From Laetmonice hystrix (Eukaryota), in the NCBI GenBank assembly GCA_965235115.1, contig OZ249436.1, positions 19,222,001 through 19,286,000 of the forward strand: DNA of 64,000 nt. Reading direction: 5' to 3'. The translations under genes were made by a program, and so were the position numbers. The first letter of the stretch is position 1. Each line of letters begins with the position of its first letter. Below are positions 55,801 through 64,000 of this stretch, in pieces. The notes below the pieces were generated by a model. That model was not told the DNA's origin. It saw only the letters and a list, made by a program, of their open reading frames with translations, and searched no databases.

Positions 55801-57631
55801 GTGCAGGTTCTAGCATCACGTGGATAGGTTATCCAGTGCCCCACCAGATACCACGACAACCCCCCCCCCCCCGTCCCCCTGTAATTAGCCCTCCACCGCC
55901 CGCCTATTTCAGAAAGTGTTATGGTTCCCGACCCAGCCTGCCACCATGACCCAATTCTCTGATCCGACCACTGATCCGACAGAACGAACTTCTCGATCTT
56001 CTCACGCTGTCCGAAGAATATAGGAATCCTAATTGGGAGACAATTACTAGTATCTGACCGCTATTATACGCTAGCGGTGGGGGCGGACGGCTGTGAGAGG
56101 TAGGAGGGGACCCAGGCATGTAGAGGCCGACCCACTGATAGATCCCGACAAATGAGGCGCAGGGACCCAGTTTGGATGCCAGCCTTGCCGCCTGTCCCCA
56201 TGTGACCAACAGACGACTCCCGATCGATCCCGCCTCCCATCCTAGGAGGTCCAATGCAAATTGACATTTGCAATCATTTTCTCGTATTTTCACGGACTGA
56301 TTTGACAGTAATGGACGGCGCAACTCGGAAACAAGCTTGAATGATTCCGCATGTTAAAGGAAAACATTTCGACACAGGACGGTCGGTGGGCAATGGATTG
56401 GCTGTCACGGAGCTTTGTGTATGTTATCCGTCTCTCGGTGGGAGGTCAAGGGTCACGTGTCCGTCCGGTCGTCCTGACCGCCACAAACGCAATCACTAAA
56501 CACCAAATCACAACGACCACAACGTCTTCTGGTTTCTTCATTTTAACCGGTCGATTCCATATCCGGTAGGTCACTTAAAAATGAGCACGTGATCGATTTG
56601 GTTAAGTGTAAAAAGAGACCCGTGCCTCGCCGGCCCCGGAATATTATTGAGTGAGAAGGCAAAGGAGTAGAAAGCCATGAGATTCATTCATGAATCATTT
56701 CTTCGGACATGCGATTTGACTGCACGAGTCTGTAGGATCTAGCCGATATAAGCGATCATGAAGAATCGGTGAAAGAGAGCTGGTGTTTTGTTTAATCGTT
56801 CATAAATGCTTTTACCACAATAAGACATTGTGAAATTGGTTTTTAACAGAGGCAAATGTTCGGAAAACGAACACAATATACATATTGTTGTAGAACTTAA
56901 TGATCTAATCTATCTGTTCGAGCTCAGACCTCGAGACCCCCGATCTAATTACTGTGAGGTTTGAAAGCCGTTAAAATATTCACCCGGAAGCTTGAATCTA
57001 GATGTGAGTGATTGGATGTAAGTTGGTCGTACGGCTTGCCATACCGTTACACCGTCACGTGATGATGACGTCATGTATGACGACAGTAAATCCTGAGCCG
57101 TCCGTTAGAGGGCGCGGTACTCTGTCCTTATCAAATCGTTCCGTGTCCTTTACAACGGAATGGTGTATTTTGAAGACATTACAACAGATTCAGTATGAAT
57201 GTGTTGATAAATTCACTCTATGGAAAGATATTTATGTTTTTGTACGGAAAAATCATTCTTTGGGTTTTTATTTTCATTACATCTTATTAAATTAAACGCC
57301 ACAATATCCAATACTAAATTATCATTTATCTAGGGGGGCTGTATGGTTAGGTGGTCTAAAAAATATCCAAAATGGATATTCAAAAGAGAAAATAGAAAAA
57401 CACGTCCTAGCACGTCTGGTCAGCCTATGCCTTGACAGGGGCGGATCTAGGGGTTTGAGAAGTATTACCATGCAATGGCTGCCGCACACTTCTAACCTCA
57501 CACCACGGGCTTGCCCAGGAAAATTTAACTAATTGAGGGGACAAGTTTAAGCTAGGTATTTGGACCTTTGGATTTTTTTAGGATCATTTGCCCTCCCTCC
57601 TGTAATATTGGGGGGTATGCCCTCCTGCCCA

Positions 57632-57717
57632 TGACGGCACCAAATGAGCGATAATGGGTGTTAGGTAAGGGTTAGGGTTAGGTTTAGCATCCTTTATCGC
57701 TCATTTTTATGCCGTCA
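57632..57717. mobile_element. Tiny palindromic element with gggtta core
   Basis: tgacggca..aaatgagcgataa ... ttatcgctcattt..tgccgtca flanking ggtaagggttagggttagg. Confidence 0.55.
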
Positions 57718-58513
57718 CGACCATTTCCCGACATGGACCCGACGGTCGACTACACGGCAGGCTGGTCAAGACGAGGTCTGTGTCATTACGAAGACTCTGA
57801 GCCCAGGAATCACGGCTCAGTGGGGGGTCACTCAACCGGTAAATCTTTAATATCTCTGGTTGTAGGTATATATCGGGTCCTATTGTCATGGAACACCAGG
57901 TTATAGACATCGGCACAATGCCATCAGTTTTAGTCATCATCAGACAAGTGTACTTTTGATACGCCCCCCCCCCCGCCCCCAGCGTGCTTCTCCATGATTG
58001 GTAACTTTTTGAGGTGACAGGTTAAATATAGGGGGAGCCACCATCGTGACAGGTGATCCCAACTTGTCGCCCAGAGACTGAGTAATCCTTCATCGGGGAA
58101 CTTTTTTTTCACTCATTGAGAGCAGTATAAATGTAAGACAGGGCTGCATGAATCAATAAATCTAAGGCAGGGTTGCATGAATCAATGAAGCCCCTGGAAA
58201 TCACCACTTTATTATGCAAAACCAAACGATTGTTTTTTCTTCCTAGATTGATGCGACTACTGAGGGGAATATGAAGTCGGGGATGAATACGGTATATGCT
58301 AGAAAAAAATAAGATGGAGGGCCGCAACTAGACGTCTACGCAGACAATCTTGTTTAGGGAGGGATTATTTGACTTAAACTTCATCTGTAAATCTGACGAG
58401 AAAACAAGATAATTATTGAAAAACACTGGTAGCTTTCCCTTGGGAGGAGGCAGCTGGGTCGCAATCCTTGCTGCATGGAGTCTCTCTATAGTGCTCAGAA
58501 CAACCTGTCTGAC

Positions 58514-59203
58514 TCAGACCATACTTCTATTACACGGTGGTCCTCAGACCATACTTCTATTACACGGTGGTCCTCAGACCATACTTCAATTACACGGTGG
58601 TCCTCAGACCATACTTATATTACACGGTGGTCCTCAGACCATACTTCAATTACACGGTGGTCCTCAGACCGTACTTCTATTACACGGTGGCACTCAGACC
58701 CGACTTCTATTACACGGTGGCACTCAGACCCGACTTCTATTAGACGGTGGTCCTCAGACTATACTTCTATTACACGGTGGCACTCAGACCCGACTTCTAT
58801 TACACGGTGGCACTCAGACTCGACTTCTATTACACGGTGGTCCTCAGACCATACTTCTATTACACGGTGGTCCTCATACCCAACTTCTATTACACGGTGG
58901 TCCTCAGACTCGGCTTCTATTACACGGTGGTCCTCAGACCATACTTCTATTACACGGTCGTCTTCATACCCAACTTATATTACACGGTGGACCTCAGACC
59001 ATACTTCTATTACACGGTGGCATTCAGACTATACTTCTATTACATGGTGGTCCTCAGACCATACTTCTATCACACGGTGGCAACCAGACCTGACTTCTAT
59101 TACACGGTGGTCCTCATACCCAACTTCTATTACACGGTGGTCCTCAGACCATACTTCTATTACACGGTGGCATTCAGACTATACTTCTATTACATGGTGG
59201 TCC
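58514..59203. repeat. Minisatellite, 30-bp unit, ~23 copies (repeated at 60781-61439 and 63016-63674)
   Basis: cagaccatacttctattacacggtggtcct tandem. Confidence 0.98.
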
Positions 59204-59590
59204 TGGGTGTGTAACACTGTGTCTAAGTTATGTCACACGTTATATAACCCTAGGGGGCGGAGTATATGGGATTATTCATGAGATCTTCTTCATCATGAAT
59301 ACTGAATAAATAAAGTACAAGCGATCTCACCCTCAAGGCGGCCAACAACTGCCGGTAGGGCGTTACACAACCAATTAGTCACCCACTCAAACATGGCCGA
59401 CGAAAGCGACCTTGCTGCCATAAGACTAAAAAAACGTTTCCACATTTTATCACTGCTTCTGTTTTTGACAGCCAAAATTAGCCCGTTTGAACCAGGAGTG
59501 GCGTGTTTTCATTTTAGGATCCATTTCTCTCCAGTTTCCACCTTGGATGGGCAAACAGTGGAATTGCTGACATCCTTCGAGCCAGCTCTG

Positions 59591-59814
59591 TGGCAACGAA
59601 AAATGTCTCAACTGCGAAAAATGTCCCAACGAGAGATTTTGAGACATTTTTCGTATGTATGAAAAATGTCTCAAAATCTCTGGTTGGGACATTTTTCGTA
59701 TACTGCCTGCGAAAAATGTCCCAATTTCCTTAGCGAGACATTTTTCGTCTGGCAGTTGCAACGAAAATCCTGTGATTGGGACATTTTTTGCAGTTGAGAC
59801 ATTTTTCGTTGCCA
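59591..59814. mobile_element. 224-bp MITE with TG...CA ends
   Basis: ~38-bp TIRs tggcaacgaaaaatgtctcaactgc.aaaaatgtccca; right flank CCGG, left flank TCTG. Confidence 0.8.
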
Positions 59815-60731
59815 CCGGTAATCTAAAAAGTCATGTAAGATATGCCAAAGTTTAGTATCACACGTCTGTGAGGTAGTGGAGCGACGGAACACTCCCAACA
59901 GTGTGGTCTGTTACACGCTAGAAGAAGTAAGGGATACTGCAGGTTGGCGATGAAGGGGGTGTCTTAGGGCCCCCAGAATGAGGGGGGACGAACAATTTTT
60001 AGCAGACGCACATAAATGATATAGGAAAGCAGAGAGTTTCCCCTCATGGACTGTGCCATGTATCTAGTGATCCTGAGATGTGGAATTGTACACACAGAGG
60101 GATGGCGTTAGGCAAGACTTGGACGAACTCCAAGGTCACACTATCCAAGGGCACACGTCCTGTAGGTTAGAGACCTCTAGTAATAAGCGAGCAAAGTTTT
60201 CGGGACACAGCGCAGCAATCTGAACTTCCGAGACCATTTCCGGTTCAGAAATATCAGGCACTATGATACAAACGTAAAACGTCGAATTGAGGAGGCTCGA
60301 CCACATCACCACTCATGTTCTACTGCCCTGCTGCGTAGTTCCAACGCATATAAATCAAACAGATTGCGGAAACTTATAAATCTGACACAAATTTCGTGCA
60401 TTTTGGTGTGTTGTATTGGAGCGGGATTTTAACACAAATTTCAATCTCAAAAAAGTTGAAATCCGCGAATCCCCGGAAGATGTTCATCGTTGCCCTCAGC
60501 AATTTTTCCATACTATGCCTTGTCATAGATCGAACCTGCCTGAGCTGCAGGCCCGGGCTGAGCATATACATGCGAAGTTTACAGACTATTGTAGTTTATA
60601 GCAACAAACTACAGTCACGGAGTTTGGCGCTGTCCAAAAACAAAACAGATGCTGGTGTTATGACTCCGCCATTTTAACTAAATCGGCGGCCACATGACTC
60701 CATCGAATCATGTGACTGGAGGTAGTTCAAC

Positions 60732-61328
60732 ATGGCAGCGCCCGTCATATATTCGAGGTGTTTTGCGTACGGAAAGCCCGAGACCATACTTCTATTACAC
60801 GGTGGTCCTCAGACCATACTTCAATTACACGGTGGTCCTCAGACCATACTTATATTACACGGTGGTCCTCAGACCATACTTCAATTACACGGTGGTCCTC
60901 AGACCATACTTCTATTACACGGTGGCACTCAGACCCGACTTCTATTACACGGTGGCACTCAGACCCGACTTCTATTAGACGGTGGTCCTCAGACTATACT
61001 TCTATTACACGGTGGCACTCAGACCCGACTTCTATTACACGGTGGCACTCAGACTCGACTTCTATTACACGGTGGTCCTCAGACCATACTTCTATTACAC
61101 GGTGGTCCTCATACCCAACTTCTATTACACGGTGGTCCTCAGACTCGGCTTCTATTACACGGTGGTCCTCAGACCATACTTCTATTACACGGTCGTCTTC
61201 ATACCCAACTTATATTACACGGTGGACCTCAGACCATACTTCTATTACACGGTGGCATTCAGACTATACTTCTATTACATGGTGGTCCTCAGACCATACT
61301 TCTATCACACGGTGGCAACCAGACCTGA
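60732..61328 (+). other. Chimeric junction ORF (198 aa): MAAPV-type start fused to minisatellite decapeptides
   Basis: aacATGGCAGCGCCC start, junction at 60780/60781, then (TILLLHGGPQ)n. Confidence 0.4.
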
Positions 61329-61825
61329 CTTCTATTACACGGTGGTCCTCATACCCAACTTCTATTACACGGTGGTCCTCAGACCATACTTCTATTACAC
61401 GGTGGCATTCAGACTATACTTCTATTACATGGTGGTCCTGGGTGTGTAACACTGTGTCTAAGTTATGTCACACGTTATATAACCCTAGGGGGCGGAGTAT
61501 ATGGGATTATTCATGAGATCTTCTTCATCATGAATACTGAATAAATAAAGTACAAGCGATCTCACCCTCAAGGCGGCCAACAACTGCCGGTAGGGCGTTA
61601 CACAACCAATTAGTCACCCACTCAAACATGGCCGACGAAAGCGACCTTGCTGCCATAAGACTAAAAAAACGTTTCCACATTTTATCACTGCTTCTGTTTT
61701 TGACAGCCAAAATTAGCCCGTTTGAACCAGGAGTGGCGTGTTTTCATTTTAGGATCCATTTCTCTCCAGTTTCCACCTTGGATGGGCAAACAGTGGAATT
61801 GCTGACATCCTTCGAGCCAGCTCTG

Positions 61826-62049
61826 TGGCAACGAAAAATGTCTCAACTGCGAAAAATATCCCAACCAGAGATTTTGAGACATTTTTCGTATGTATGAAAA
61901 ATGTCTCAAAATCTCTGGTTGGGACATTTTTCGTATACTGCCTGCGAAAAATGTCCCAATTTCCTTAGCGAGACATTTTTCGTCTGGCAGTTGCAACGAA
62001 AATCCTGTGATTGGGACATTTTTTGCAGTTGAGACATTTTTCGTTGCCA
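61826..62049. mobile_element. Second copy of the 224-bp MITE (via tandem duplication)
   Basis: Same sequence shifted by 2,235 bp. Confidence 0.8.
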
Positions 62050-62966
62050 CCGGTAATCTAAAAAGTCATGTAAGATATGCCAAAGTTTAGTATCACACGT
62101 CTGTGAGGTAGTGGAGCGACGGAACACTCCCAACAGTGTGGTCTGTTACACGCTAGAAGAAGTAAGGGATACTGCAGGTTGGCGATGAAGGGGGTGTCTT
62201 AGGGCCCCCAGAATGAGGGGGGACGAACAATTTTTAGCAGACGCACATAAATGATATAGGAAAGCAGAGAGTTTCCCCTCATGGACTGTGCCATGTATCT
62301 AGTGATCCTGAGATGTGGAATTGTACACACAGAGGGATGGCGTTAGGCAAGACTTGGACGAACTCCAAGGTCACACTATCCAAGGGCACACGTCCTGTAG
62401 GTTAGAGACCTCTAGTAATAAGCGAGCAAAGTTTTCGGGACACAGCGCAGCAATCTGAACTTCCGAGACCATTTCCGGTTCAGAAATATCAGGCACTATG
62501 ATACAAACGTAAAACGTCGAATTGAGGAGGCTCGACCACATCACCACTCATGTTCTACTGCCCTGCTGCGTAGTTCCAACGCATATAAATCAAACAGATT
62601 GCGGAAACTTATAAATCTGACACAAATTTCGTGCATTTTGGTGTGTTGTATTGGAGCGGGATTTTAACACAAATTTCAATCTCAAAAAAGTTGAAATCCG
62701 CGAATCCCCGGAAGATGTTCATCGTTGCCCTCAGCAATTTTTCCATACTATGCCTTGTCATAGATCGAACCTGCCTGAGCTGCAGGCCCGGGCTGAGCAT
62801 ATACATGCGAAGTTTACAGACTATTGTAGTTTATAGCAACAAACTACAGTCACGGAGTTTGGCGCTGTCCAAAAACAAAACAGATGCTGGTGTTATGACT
62901 CCGCCATTTTAACTAAATCGGCGGCCACATGACTCCATCGAATCATGTGACTGGAGGTAGTTCAAC

Positions 62967-63563
62967 ATGGCAGCGCCCGTCATATATTCGAGGTGTTTTG
63001 CGTACGGAAAGCCCGAGACCATACTTCTATTACACGGTGGTCCTCAGACCATACTTCAATTACACGGTGGTCCTCAGACCATACTTCAATTACACGGTGG
63101 TCCTCAGACCATACTTCAATTACACGGTGGTCCTCAGACCATACTTCTATTACACGGTGGCACTCAGACCCGACTTCTATTACACGGTGGCACTCAGACC
63201 CGACTTCTATTAGACGGTGGTCCTCAGACTATACTTCTATTACACGGTGGCACTCAGACCCGACTTCTATTACACGGTGGCACTCAGACTCGACTTCTAT
63301 TACACGGTGGTCCTCAGACCATACTTCTATTACACGGTGGTCCTCATACCCAACTTCTATTACACGGTGGTCCTCAGACTCGGCTTCTATTACACGGTGG
63401 TCCTCAGACCATACTTCTATTACACGGTCGTCTTCATACCCAACTTATATTACACGGTGGACCTCAGACCATACTTCTATTACACGGTGGCATTCAGACT
63501 ATACTTCTATTACATGGTGGTCCTCAGACCATACTTCTATCACACGGTGGCAACGAGACCTGA
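62967..63563 (+). other. Second copy of the chimeric junction ORF
   Basis: Same as 60732-61328 shifted by 2,235 bp. Confidence 0.4.
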
Positions 63564-64000
63564 CTTCTATTACACGGTGGTCCTCATACCCAACTTCTAT
63601 TACACGGTGGTCCTCAGACCATACTTCTATTACACGGTGGCATTCAGACTATACTTCTATTACATGGTGGTCCTGGGTGTGTAACACTGTGTCTAAGTTA
63701 TGTCACACGTTATATAACCCTAGGGGGCGGAGTATATGGGATTATTCATGAGATCTTCTTCATCATGAATACTGAATAAATAAAGTACAAGCGATCTCAC
63801 CCTCAAGGCGGCCAACAACTGCCGGTAGGGCGTTACACAACCAATTAGTCACCCACTCAAACATGGCCGACGAAAGCGACCTTGCTGCCATAAGACTAAA
63901 AAAACGTTTCCACATTTTATCACTGCTTCTGTTTTTGACAGCCAAAATTAGCCCGTTTGAACCAGGAGTGGCGTGTTTTCATTTTAGGATCCATTTCTCT

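Larger units (their letters stand above)
58546..64000. repeat. Tandem amplification, 2,235-bp unit, at least 2.4 copies (58546-60780, 60781-63015, 63016 to end)
   Basis: Identical ORFs recur at 59293, 61528 and 63763; only scattered substitutions between copies. Confidence 0.97.

Noticed and set aside
58546..64000. Tandem snRNA, 5S or histone gene array
   Set aside because: I could not recognise U1, U2, U6, 5S, tRNA or histone sequence in the unit by eye; an Infernal/Rfam scan would settle it

Overview
This looks like repeat-rich eukaryotic nuclear DNA, probably from an invertebrate animal (inferred from repeat style and splice/promoter motifs, not established). I found no recognisable conserved protein domain, RNA gene or CRISPR array. 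About 20 unrelated mini/microsatellite arrays (units about 14-100 bp) plus a terminal 2,235-bp tandem amplification make up roughly 30% of the window by hand count, and they account for nearly all long ORFs in the track. Several non-autonomous DNA-transposon-like elements are present. The clearest has TGT...ACA ends and a perfect CCGG target-site duplication, which is Ginger1-like. The best gene candidate is a pair of phase-compatible minus-strand exons (29815-29602 and 26275-26027) encoding an unrecognised C-terminus; other exon candidates are weak. The most unusual structure is the 2,235-bp tandem unit (58546 to the window end). Each junction fuses a housekeeping-like start (aacATGGCAGCGCCC, MAAPV...) in frame to a 30-bp minisatellite, giving a 198-aa chimeric ORF. 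I cannot support a new biological system beyond these hypotheses.
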